This document shows positions 1-8,661 of a stretch of DNA of 64,000 nt, piece by piece. The stretch comes from an uncultured delta proteobacterium (GTDB taxonomy: Bacteria > Desulfobacterota > RBG-13-43-22). The stretch is from contig CAWJJC010000020.1 of assembly GCA_963843145.1 (NCBI GenBank), positions 128,001 to 192,000 of the forward strand. Direction: 5' to 3'. The notes beneath the pieces were generated by a model that did not search any database, was not told the DNA's origin, and worked only from the letters and a program-made list of their open reading frames with translations. Within the stretch, counting starts at the first letter, position 1; the number at the start of each line of letters is the position of its first letter. Both the position numbers and the translations under genes were made by a program.

Positions 1-922
1 GGAGCGCTTGGACTGCACCGAGAAGCGGTTGTGGGGCTTGATGCCGCCCTTCGGCGACATAAAAGGTGGATTGGCGAGGATCACGTCGGCGTATTCATTC
101 CACCGGTCCTGACTCGTGAGGGCGTCGTACTCGGCAATGTGTGGGTCGGCGAAACCGTGCAGGTACAGGTTCACCAGGGACAAACGCACCATATCAGGCG
201 AAATGTCGTAGCCCTTGAAATTCTGCGCGAGGCGTCCCTTTTCGTCTGGCGTCAAATTGATTGCGGATTGAGGATTGCTGATTGTGGATTTGGCAGAAGT
301 TCCGTGCATGATGATTGGCTCAGAATTGGCTTTCAGGATGTGTTTATACGCCGAGATCAGGAACCCGGCGGTGCCGCAGGCCGGGTCGAGCACGGTCTCG
401 TTCTTCTTCGGGTCGATTACTTCAACGATGAAATCGATGATGTGGCGCGGGAGTGCGGAACTGCCCGGCGTCGCCCTGGGAGCCGAGCACGGAAAGCAGA
501 TACTCGAAGGCGTCGCCGAGGCGCTCGCTGTGGTCGTATTCGAACTCGTCGATGACCTTGAGGAACATCTTTAGCGTTTCAGGGTCGCGGTAGGGCAGAT
601 AGGCGTTCTTGAAGATGTCGCGGAAAAGGGGCGGTATGCCGGGGTTCTCCGGCATCTTGGCGATGGCCTCGGCGTAGAGATTCAGGGTTTCAAAGCCGCC
701 CAAGCCGGAGCGCATGAGCTTGGCCCAGCCGTAGCGGGCGAACTTATTGGCGAAAAACTTGCGCTTCCCGCCGAACTCCTCGCTCTCGGCGTCCATGTCG
801 TCCATGAACTTGTAGATCAGGGCGATGGTGATCTGCTCGACCTGGCTCTTGGGATCGGGCACCTTGCCGACGAGGATGTCGCGGGCGGTGTCGATGCGGC
901 GTTTGGTGGCGGAGTCTAGCAT
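1..922 (-). CDS. hsdM: Type I R-M methyltransferase subunit (N6-adenine), 3' part outside window, apparent +1 frameshift at ~449-451
   Basis: ORF 422..922 reads MLDSATKRRID...AGQFRTP. Removing one base of the GGG at 449-451 continues as RHIIDFIV...DPACGTAGF (SAM motif)...NPPF (catalytic motif) to the window edge. Confidence 0.9.
260..290. repeat. Heptamer tandem repeat arm inside hsdM coding sequence
   Basis: ATTGCGG ATTGAGG ATTGCTG ATTGTGG ATT; read in the hsdM frame as KSTISNPQSAI. Confidence 0.85.
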
Positions 923-1296
923 TTTGGATTTCTGATTGTGGATTTTGGATTGTTTTCCTTCGCCGTCCGTCCGGAGGCGGTGAAAATGGCCGTCAGTTCT
1001 TCGGCTTCCTGATGAATTGGAGAAACGAGTTCGAGATTGAGAAGTCCCCCGTCCATGATCATTTCGAGCCAGAAAGCCGACTCATCAGCCTCTTCGGCGA
1101 CAGTGCCGATCTTGGCGATGAATTCGGCTTTTGATCGGCTGCGGCAGGCGGCGCGGTAGTTGGCGCCTACGGATGTTCCGCTACGAATCAGTTGGCTGCC
1201 GATTGCCCGTCCCGTTGTTGTTTTCGGCAACGCATCGACGAGATTCATCACGCGCAACCCGAACTGTTTGGTTCTGGCCTTTAGTTCTTGACTCAT
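916..1296 (-). CDS. Four-helix-bundle protein (TIGR02436 / 23S rRNA IVS protein / Avd-like family)
   Basis: 126 aa with family motif QLIRSGTSVGANYRAACRSRSKAEFIAKIGTVAEEADESAFWLE. Confidence 0.92.
   Translation of the reverse strand: MSQELKARTKQFGLRVMNLVDALPKTTTGRAIGSQLIRSGTSVGANYRAACRSRSKAEFIAKIGTVAEEADESAFWLEMIMDGGLLNLELVSPIHQEAEELTAIFTASGRTAKENNPKSTIRNPKC
921..951. repeat. Heptamer repeat arm at the 3' end of the four-helix-bundle gene, overlapping the hsdM ATG
   Basis: ATTTTGG ATTTCTG ATTGTGG ATTTTGG ATT. Confidence 0.9.
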
Positions 1297-1311
1297 TCAT
1301 AACAGTTTTTT

Positions 1312-1342
1312 AATCCACAATCAGCAATCCAAAATCCACAAT
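1312..1342. repeat. Heptamer repeat arm upstream of the four-helix-bundle gene, inverted relative to 921-951 and 260-290
   Basis: AATCCAC AATCAGC AATCCAA AATCCAC AAT. Confidence 0.9.
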
Positions 1343-1349
1343 TTACTTC

Positions 1350-2177
1350 CTATCCCTTGAGTTGTTTGACTGTCGGCGCAGCAGTAAGCACCTGCATCTG
1401 GCGGATGGCGATCTCGTTCAGGCGTTTGAGCCGGTCCCCTTGCGGCAGACCCATATGAATGAGTTCGGCGTTCATGCCTTCGATGTTGGCCAGTACCAGT
1501 AACTGTTCCACCGTGGCATATTCTCTCATGTTGTCCTCAAGTTTTGGATTGGCGTCGCGCCACTCCTTCGCGGTCTGCCCGAAGAGAGCAATATTGAGTA
1601 CATCCGCCTCAGTGGCGTAGGTGATGGCCGCCTGAGCCGGAGTAACGGCAGCAGGAATAAGATGGGCTTTCACGGCATCCGTGTGGATGCGGTAATTAAG
1701 CTTGGACAAAGTGCGGTTGAGGTTCCAGGATAAGGAGAGGCGACGATTTTCGTCGTCCTTGAGGCGCTGGAATTCCTTGATGAGGTAGAGCTTAAACTCA
1801 GGACTGAGCCAGGAGCCGAACTCAAAGGCTATGTCCTTGTGGGCATAGGTGCCGCCGTAGCGCCCGGCACTGGCGACTATACCACGGGCGGCAGTGCGCT
1901 CAACCCACTTCTTGGCTGATAGAAAAAAACTATTCCTTCCTGCCTCGTTTTTAATTCCCTCGAATTCGAGGGAATTAAAAACGGGATTGTGGATTTGCTC
2001 CCACACACCAAGGAAAAGAACGGTGTCTTTGTTCTTAAGCCACTGTTCGATCAGGGCGTTACCCCCATCAAAATGCTTTACCATATCAGTGAGTGAGATG
2101 AAATCGCCCTGGTCCTTGGAAAGAATGGTTATAGCCGTTCCCTGGACTTCTATGATTGCTTTTTTGCCCTTGCCCAT
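1350..2177 (-). CDS. KilA-N domain DNA-binding protein
   Basis: DFISLTDM...GRYGGTYAHKDIAFEFGSWLSPEFKLYLIKEFQRLK signature; GGGA RBS upstream. Confidence 0.9.
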   Translation of the reverse strand: MGKGKKAIIEVQGTAITILSKDQGDFISLTDMVKHFDGGNALIEQWLKNKDTVLFLGVWEQIHNPVFNSLEFEGIKNEAGRNSFFLSAKKWVERTAARGIVASAGRYGGTYAHKDIAFEFGSWLSPEFKLYLIKEFQRLKDDENRRLSLSWNLNRTLSKLNYRIHTDAVKAHLIPAAVTPAQAAITYATEADVLNIALFGQTAKEWRDANPKLEDNMREYATVEQLLVLANIEGMNAELIHMGLPQGDRLKRLNEIAIRQMQVLTAAPTVKQLKG

Positions 2178-2186
2178 GGTTCCCCC

Positions 2187-4733
2187 CTATGCCACAAACT
2201 GGTTCAAGGATACGTAATCTTTGACATATTCAGGAATGATCGTGCGGTACTTGGGCGGCACGGCCTTGAAATCGCGGGTGGAAAAGATTGGATTGGTGGC
2301 CAGGTCGGTGAACTGCTTTTCTTCGATAATGTGGCGCAATTGGCCGCTGGTGACGTAGGCTTTGAAATAGGTCTTGATGGCGGGGATGGCCTCAGCCTCT
2401 TGGGGCTTGGTATCGGCCACGAACTTGGCGAATTCCTCTTCCAGCAGTTCGTCCTTGGACTTGAACCGCGGGATGAGGCCGAAAATCTTCTCCAGGATCT
2501 CCCGCAGGGCCAGGCGTCGGTCCACGGCGGCAGCTTTGCGCAACTTGTGGAGGGTGTAGTACTCCTCGGGTTTGTCGAAGACCTCGCGGTTTACGTAGTC
2601 GATGACGCGGTCCCACTGCCCGGCCTCGACGGCTTTCGCGATGATCTCGTTCTCGCGCACGGTATCTTCGAATTTCTCGAAGAACATACGGTCGATCTTC
2701 ATCCCTTCGAAGCCGATATCAAAAATTTTCATGGAGGCGAGAATATCCTCGCCCAAGTGCTCGTAAGCGCCGCCGTACACCACTGGTCCCCTTCCACCGG
2801 TGTTTTCGCTCCCTTTGCCCTGGGGCCGGGGAAGCTTCAGCACCTCGTCATAGTTGAACTTCTCCTCGAAGTATTCGCAATTGGCGAAGAAGTCGAAAAG
2901 CTTGAAGGCGGACTTCTGCGGTTGTAAGACGCCCTCTTTGAGGCCGTCGTCGAAAAGCTGTTCGAGAAAGTTGTGCTTGCGGGTGCCGCGTCCCTTGATC
3001 TGGATGAAGTCCGTCGGCGAGAAAATCGGTCGAAACAGACCGAGATTGAGGATGTCGGTGCAATCGTAGCCGGTGGTCATCATGCCGACAGTCACGCAGA
3101 CGCGGGCCTTGCTGGTCCTGTAGGCGGGCAGGAAGTTGGTCGAACCGAGCAGGTTGTTGTTGGCGAAGTTGATGGTGAACTGCTGGGCGTCGGGGATCGT
3201 TGAGGTGACCTGAACGGCGAAGTCGGACTGGTACCTGCCGGGGAACAGGCGATCGGCCATCTGATTGAAGATCTGTACCAGCTTCGCGGCGTGATTTTGG
3301 CTGACAGTGAAGATGATGGATTTGCCGATCTCTCCGCTGACGGGATCGCGCAGGGCGTTTTCCAGAAAGGTCTTGCAGAAGAGCTGGTTGGTGGCCTTAG
3401 AAAAGAAGCTCTTCTCGAAATCGCTCTTCCGCTTCCTTAAGGTCTCCTGCTGGTCTTCATCCTCTTCGTCAGTGAAGGAGCATATGAAGCCCCGTTCGGA
3501 GAGCAATTGGGTTGTAATTTCAGTGCGGGCATCCACCACCGTGGGGTTGATCAGGTAGCCTTCCTTCACGCCGTCGAGCAGCGAGTAACGATAGGTTGGC
3601 TGGCTGTTCTCGCAGCCGAAGGTCCGGTAGGTGTCCAGCAACAGTCGGCGCTCGGCTTCGCGCGGGTCGCGGGTGGAAGGATTGGTCTTGTCAAACCGTT
3701 TAAGGTAGTCGCGGGGCGTAGCGGTAAGGCCGAGCTTGTAGCCGATGAAGTAGTCGAAGACGGCGCGGGCGTTGCCGCCGATGGAGCGGTGGGCTTCGTC
3801 GGAAATGACCAGGTCGAAATCGGTTGGCGAGAAGAGCCGCTGGTACTTGTTGTTGAAGAGCAGCGACTGCACCGTGGTGACCACTATTTCCGCCCGCCGC
3901 CAGTCGTCACGGTTTTCCTTGTAGATCACCGTCTGAAAGTCAGGGGACAGCAGCGCCTTGAAGGCCTTCCTGGCCTGATCCTCCAGTTCGAGGCGATCCA
4001 CCAGAAACAGCACGCGTCGGGCATTGCCGGATCGGAGGAAGAGTTTGATGACGGCGGCGGCCGTGAGGGTCTTGCCGGTGCCGGTGGCCATCTCGAACAG
4101 GAAGCGGTCTTTGCCGTCCTTCACGGCCCGCTGCAGGGCGTGAATGGCCTTCAACTGATAGGGCCGCAAGAAACGCAGTTTATTGGTCAGGATGTAGCCG
4201 GAACGCTCCGTCTCATTGCGCCAGGCCGCTTCGGATTGATAGTTCGGACGCTGAGTCAGCACGATGTAGTCTTCGTCGACCGGATCCTCGATTAGGCGTT
4301 GCGGGTTGGGCCTGACCTGCTGGTAGCCGATCACCGAGTCCGGCGTTGGGAAGGACGTAATAAGATAGGGGTTGCCGCGCTCCAGGTCCCAGAAGTAGTG
4401 CAAGTTGCCGTTGGAGAGGATCACGAACCGGCAGTTCTGGGACTTGGCGTATTTGCGGGCCTGCTCCTTGCCGACGAGCGGGTTCCTGTCCTCCGATTTG
4501 GCCTCTAGGACGATGAGCGGGAAACCTTTGCTGTCGAGCAGCAGGAAGTCGATGAAGCCCTTACTCGTCTTCTCGAAGTTCTCGCCCAGCGCTTCCAGAT
4601 CGGCTGACTTGATCGTCACGCTGGGTTCCAGGCGGATGTTAGCGTACGCGCCTCCTTCCGGAAAGAAGCGCCAGCCTGCCGCTTCGAGCAGCCTGTTGAT
4701 CTTTATACGGGCAGTGGCTTCTTTATTTGCCAT
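2187..4733 (-). CDS. hsdR: Type I restriction enzyme R subunit (nuclease + SF2 helicase)
   Basis: N-terminal D...LEAK nuclease motif, MATGTGKT Walker A, DEAH, TAT, QIKGRGTR motif VI. Confidence 0.92.
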   Translation of the reverse strand: MANKEATARIKINRLLEAAGWRFFPEGGAYANIRLEPSVTIKSADLEALGENFEKTSKGFIDFLLLDSKGFPLIVLEAKSEDRNPLVGKEQARKYAKSQNCRFVILSNGNLHYFWDLERGNPYLITSFPTPDSVIGYQQVRPNPQRLIEDPVDEDYIVLTQRPNYQSEAAWRNETERSGYILTNKLRFLRPYQLKAIHALQRAVKDGKDRFLFEMATGTGKTLTAAAVIKLFLRSGNARRVLFLVDRLELEDQARKAFKALLSPDFQTVIYKENRDDWRRAEIVVTTVQSLLFNNKYQRLFSPTDFDLVISDEAHRSIGGNARAVFDYFIGYKLGLTATPRDYLKRFDKTNPSTRDPREAERRLLLDTYRTFGCENSQPTYRYSLLDGVKEGYLINPTVVDARTEITTQLLSERGFICSFTDEEDEDQQETLRKRKSDFEKSFFSKATNQLFCKTFLENALRDPVSGEIGKSIIFTVSQNHAAKLVQIFNQMADRLFPGRYQSDFAVQVTSTIPDAQQFTINFANNNLLGSTNFLPAYRTSKARVCVTVGMMTTGYDCTDILNLGLFRPIFSPTDFIQIKGRGTRKHNFLEQLFDDGLKEGVLQPQKSAFKLFDFFANCEYFEEKFNYDEVLKLPRPQGKGSENTGGRGPVVYGGAYEHLGEDILASMKIFDIGFEGMKIDRMFFEKFEDTVRENEIIAKAVEAGQWDRVIDYVNREVFDKPEEYYTLHKLRKAAAVDRRLALREILEKIFGLIPRFKSKDELLEEEFAKFVADTKPQEAEAIPAIKTYFKAYVTSGQLRHIIEEKQFTDLATNPIFSTRDFKAVPPKYRTIIPEYVKDYVSLNQFVA

Positions 4734-4947
4734 TCGGTTTCAATTTTCTGTTCGTCCTACGTGGGTGGCCGATATGATAGCCAAAAAGGTCATCCGGAGC
4801 TCCCAGTATGGGCGATCGGGGGATTGGTGCGGCATGGTAGAAGGCAGGCAGGGAACGAACGCTGGCATTCCTAACACCCATGTGGGCCGGCAAAGCGGCA
4901 ACTCATTGAAAGAAGGGGTTAAAAAGTAAGAAAAGAAATTTCATTTG

Positions 4948-4976
4948 ACTTTAATTCGGAAGAATAGGGTTGTCAA
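4948..4976 (-). promoter_or_regulatory. Putative sigma70 promoter of the hsdR operon
   Basis: Minus strand TTGACA-17 nt-TAAAGT. Confidence 0.5.
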
Positions 4977-5095
4977 GGACTTTTGCAGTAAATACAAATG
5001 AATAGAGAATCAGGGAAGCTTGGGGGAGCGAAAAGTTGGAAAATTTCCGCAATCTAACCGCTGAGGTACTCGCAAAAGTCCGTCAGATCGTGCTT

Positions 5096-5134
5096 GTCAT
5101 TCCGAGTCCCGCGATAGCGCGGGACGAAGAATCT
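5096..5134. repeat. REP-like palindrome
   Basis: GTCATTCCGAGTCCCGCGATAGCGCGGGACGAAGAATCT; GTCATTCC start shared with the element at 36829. Confidence 0.6.
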
Positions 5135-5189
5135 TGTTTTTTAAAGGGAGGGTTTTAAACGGAATTGGGTTTGGTCCGGCTCAATTATT

Positions 5190-5213
5190 CACAGCCGAGG
5201 GCGGCTGTGCTAC
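5190..5213 (-). repeat. GTAG-type REP-like hairpin
   Basis: Minus strand GTAG CACAGCCG CCCT CGGCTGTG. Confidence 0.65.
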
Positions 5214-5273
5214 ATGAAAGCGCAATGGAATCCCTGTCCGCTGGAGCGCCAGGTCAGCCGCTGGGAATGCTGA

Positions 5274-6125
5274 TCACCCCAGTTCGAAAGTCGTCACGCC
5301 GAACACTCGGTTGATGGGCAAATCAGGGCTTTTCCCCTTGTACATGCGGGCCGTCTCGAAGGCGACCATCATCTTGTGCCGCTCCACCAATTGGACTGCC
5401 GCTGAATTCACTGACGGCGTGTCCAAAAAAATGGGGGCACCTTCCGGGGCCCGGGCCTTCAAAGCCAGGAATAGTTGGTCCGCAAACTCCGGACTGTCCG
5501 CAAACAACGGACCTACCTTGTATCCGGAGCGACAAATACGCAGGACCCCATAACCTGCCAGCTTGCGATTTCGTAGAATGCCCAGTGCCGCGCTTTGGGG
5601 TTGGTCAATCCAACACCTCAGGAATTGCCTGCGCTTATCGGGGAAAAAGGGTTCGTCGTAGGCGACAATCTCTTCAAAAGGGATCGTGGACAACGGGACG
5701 ATCCCTGAATCAGCCGGAAAATACCCGCCACCGGTTCCCTGAACGCGGATATTTTTATAAGCCAATGAAAACCCGGATTTCTGGTAGTTACCTTGTTGAG
5801 CGACTACCCCATCAAGCCCGACCGTACGACCTCTAAGGTCCGCAAGACCGGCATTCCATATCTGAATACCATAGCCCTGGCCACGATACTCCGGCTTGAC
5901 CAGGTAAAAACCAAGAAAGCCAAAGGAATCGCCATATTTCACGACTGAAAGCGTGGCGATCGGCTCATCCTCCAGCAATCCGATAAGGAAACCGGTGGGA
6001 TCGGCGGCGTAGAAGCAATCCGCATCGTACAACCCCGGATTCCATCCTTCTGCCGCCGCCCAGTCGATGGCCATATCGACTTCCTGCCGAGTCATCGCTC
6101 TGATGGTATAGCTTTGTCCTGGCAT
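5274..6125 (-). CDS. GNAT family N-acetyltransferase (two-domain, YitH-like)
   Basis: WAAAEGWNPG, VKPEYRGQGYG acetyl-CoA motif, KVGPLFADS, C-terminal GVTTFELG. Confidence 0.88.
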   Translation of the reverse strand: MPGQSYTIRAMTRQEVDMAIDWAAAEGWNPGLYDADCFYAADPTGFLIGLLEDEPIATLSVVKYGDSFGFLGFYLVKPEYRGQGYGIQIWNAGLADLRGRTVGLDGVVAQQGNYQKSGFSLAYKNIRVQGTGGGYFPADSGIVPLSTIPFEEIVAYDEPFFPDKRRQFLRCWIDQPQSAALGILRNRKLAGYGVLRICRSGYKVGPLFADSPEFADQLFLALKARAPEGAPIFLDTPSVNSAAVQLVERHKMMVAFETARMYKGKSPDLPINRVFGVTTFELG

Positions 6126-6140
6126 AATGACCCTCAGCGG

Positions 6141-6350
6141 CTATTCCGTTGTTGAACTTTCCAGGGCCTCCTGGACCATCCCCCGCAAACAGGACGGCAG
6201 CCGCTTCAAAACGGGGTCCTGGGTCCGGTTCTGGTGATTCCGAATACACTCACAACAGATCCCATGATTGGGGCAGTCCTCCTTGGGGCAAGAGCAATAG
6301 GAATTGATCCGGTCCCTGACCGGGCATTCGCAGGGTTGATTCGGGTCCAT
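6141..6350 (-). CDS. Small Cys-rich protein (DUF6485-like)
   Basis: CSCPKEDCPNHGICCECIRNH...LPSC; AGGA RBS; co-oriented between phoU and GNAT. Confidence 0.7.
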   Translation of the reverse strand: MDPNQPCECPVRDRINSYCSCPKEDCPNHGICCECIRNHQNRTQDPVLKRLPSCLRGMVQEALESSTTE

Positions 6351-6381
6351 CATTCTTCCTGTTTTGAAACTCGAAATTGGT

Positions 6382-7044
6382 TTATTCTTTCGGGGGGTGC
6401 AGGTGGCGGATAAATTTCCCCTCCACCATATAGATCACCATCTCGGCGATGTTGGTGGCGTGGTCGGCCATGCGCTCCAGGTGTTTGGCCACGTAGCTGA
6501 TCTTGACCGCCCGGGAAACCGTGCTGGGATCCTTGATCATGAAAAAAAGCAATTCGTTGAAAATCTGGACCGCCAGGTTATCCATCTGCTCGTCCCGCTG
6601 GATGACATCGTAGGCGATGGCCGTATCCGGTTTGGTGAAGGAATTCAGCACATCGACCACCATGCCCTGGACGATCTTGGCCATGAGGGGGATATCGATA
6701 TAGGGCTTTAACTGGGGCTCCGTATTCAGTTCCAGGGCCAAGTGGCTGATATTTTCCGCGAAGTCGCCGATGCGCTCCAGGTCGGTGGTGATCTTCATAG
6801 CCGTGGTGATGAAGCGCAGATCCCCTCCCACGGGCTGCCGAAGGGCCAGGACACGGATGCACTCCTCATCGATCTCCACGTCGTAGGTATTGATCACCCG
6901 ATCCCCTTCGATGACCTCTTCGGCTAAACGGTTATTCCGCTCCACCAGCGATCGGATAGCCCGTCCGATGGCCTCCTCCACTAAAGAGCCCATTTTCAGG
7001 ATCTTGACCTTCACTTCCCTCAGTTCATCCTCCACCGGTTTCAT
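6382..7044 (-). CDS. phoU: Phosphate signalling complex protein PhoU
   Basis: ALRQPVGGDLR, TDLERIGD, LERMADHATNIAE repeats; GGAGG RBS. Confidence 0.95.
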   Translation of the reverse strand: MKPVEDELREVKVKILKMGSLVEEAIGRAIRSLVERNNRLAEEVIEGDRVINTYDVEIDEECIRVLALRQPVGGDLRFITTAMKITTDLERIGDFAENISHLALELNTEPQLKPYIDIPLMAKIVQGMVVDVLNSFTKPDTAIAYDVIQRDEQMDNLAVQIFNELLFFMIKDPSTVSRAVKISYVAKHLERMADHATNIAEMVIYMVEGKFIRHLHPPKE

Positions 7045-8440
7045 GTTTAGGACCTCCTTTTTTTCTTTTCTTGGGCCGCAAGTAGACCCATAACGGGCCT
7101 TTCAACCCCAAGCGATGCATCTTGGAGGCCTCGCCGGGTAGCAGGTCTATCCCCAGACCCGGAAAGACCCAGTTCGGATGGACCTCCGAAAAATCCAGCA
7201 ATCGCCCTTCCAAATAATCCCGGACCTTGGGGGACAGATAAAAAAACGGCTCCAGGGGATTCCAGTCTCCGGGCAACAGCCCTTCTTCCCGGGCGATTTC
7301 CGCCAATCGCGTCCCCGGAAAAACGCGGATGCCGGTCATACAGATCACCGCGGTGGGTTTCAGCTCCTCCACCCGGGCCAAGGTTTCCTCCAGGGTGCCC
7401 CGGGTCTCCCCGGGGCCGCCCAACAGCAGGCTGAAACAAAAAGGGATATCCCGCTCCCGACAGATCCGGACCGCTTCCCGGATTTGAGGCAATGAAAAAT
7501 TCTTCCCCATGGCCTCCAGTTGCGCCGGGGCCGCCGCGTCCAGGCCGAACTCCAGGGCGGCGCAACCCGAGGCTTTCATGGCCTCGCCCAACCGGTCGGT
7601 CATGAAACCGGGGTTGACATAGGCTGTCCACTGAACCGGCACTTTTTGCCGAATAATTTCCCGGCAGATGCCTTCGGACTGTTCCTCCGGAAAATTAAAA
7701 TTGTTGTCCACGAAAAAAATGTAGTCCAACCCGCGGTCCACCAGGGCCTGGATTTCCCGGACCACCCCCAAGGGTTCCCGCACCCGGACCTTTCGGCCCT
7801 CGATCAGCGGGTAGGTGCAATAGATGCAGTGGAAAGGGCAACCGCGCTTGGATTGAATATTGGTCAGCCCACCCTGTTCCCGGTAGGCCCCGGCATCAAA
7901 GGCTTCCCGGTCCGGCCAGGGAAGGCCATTTAAATCCTCCAGGATGCTGCCGGTTTCCTTTCGGTCTCGGGAAGGACTGGGGGGGAATAACCCGGCAGCG
8001 GGCGCCGGATGAGTGTTCCCCGAGAGTCCGGCTAAGAGTTCAAGGAAAACCCGTTCCCCTTCGCCGACCACCCCATAATCCACCCCCAAGTAGCCCAAAA
8101 CCTCTTCCGGCAAAAGGGTGAAACCCGAACCACCGACCACGATCGGGGCCTGGCTCTTACGGCGGCAAAGCGCAACCACCTCTTTGATGAACGGCAGGTA
8201 GGCGGTGGAACGGGGATAGGTGACGTTATCGATGTTGCGGATGGACAGGCCGATGCAGTCGGGCTGGAACGATTCCAGGTCCTGTTCCAGGACCGCCTGC
8301 CAGCAAGGAAGGAAACACAGATCGCTGCCCTTGACAGTCATCCCCGCGGCCTTCAGCACCGCCGCCAGGCTCGCCAGGCCCAGCGGATACACCGGGTCAG
8401 GGCTGACCTCCCGGTTGGGAGAAATCAACAAAACGCGCAT
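7025..8440 (-). CDS. Cobalamin-binding radical SAM enzyme (lipid-biosynthesis B12/rSAM type)
   Basis: Start MRVLLISPN; PVYPLGL and SIRNIDN B12-binding domain; RGCPFHCIYC radical SAM motif. Confidence 0.88.
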   Translation of the reverse strand: MRVLLISPNREVSPDPVYPLGLASLAAVLKAAGMTVKGSDLCFLPCWQAVLEQDLESFQPDCIGLSIRNIDNVTYPRSTAYLPFIKEVVALCRRKSQAPIVVGGSGFTLLPEEVLGYLGVDYGVVGEGERVFLELLAGLSGNTHPAPAAGLFPPSPSRDRKETGSILEDLNGLPWPDREAFDAGAYREQGGLTNIQSKRGCPFHCIYCTYPLIEGRKVRVREPLGVVREIQALVDRGLDYIFFVDNNFNFPEEQSEGICREIIRQKVPVQWTAYVNPGFMTDRLGEAMKASGCAALEFGLDAAAPAQLEAMGKNFSLPQIREAVRICRERDIPFCFSLLLGGPGETRGTLEETLARVEELKPTAVICMTGIRVFPGTRLAEIAREEGLLPGDWNPLEPFFYLSPKVRDYLEGRLLDFSEVHPNWVFPGLGIDLLPGEASKMHRLGLKGPLWVYLRPKKRKKGGPKHETGGG

Positions 8441-8543
8441 ACTCAGGCCGCTGCCGGGGATTTGGCCGACACCTCCATCTTTCCAATCCGGCAATAACGC
8501 ATCGGTATTTGACCTTTCGGGCAGACCATCTTGGGCATACAAT

Positions 8544-8648
8544 CCATAGTATTCGTCTTTTGAAGAGCTTGTCAATCTTATTCCCCCGTACGAGCCGGTC
8601 GGAATCAAGACCTTTGCTATTGATTTAAACGGCTTTCTTAGATACAGT
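8544..8648. promoter_or_regulatory. Divergent sigma70-like promoters
   Basis: Minus: TTGACA-18-TACTAT; plus: TTGATT-17-TACAGT. Confidence 0.45.
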
Positions 8649-8661
8649 AGAAAGAATCGGC

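Noticed and set aside
916-1296. Diversity-generating retroelement (Avd-like gene)
   Set aside because: No reverse transcriptase or TR/VR pair in the window.
4865-4905. attC-like CCTAAC start upstream of hsdR
   Set aside because: No complementary GTTRRRY end or L boxes found.
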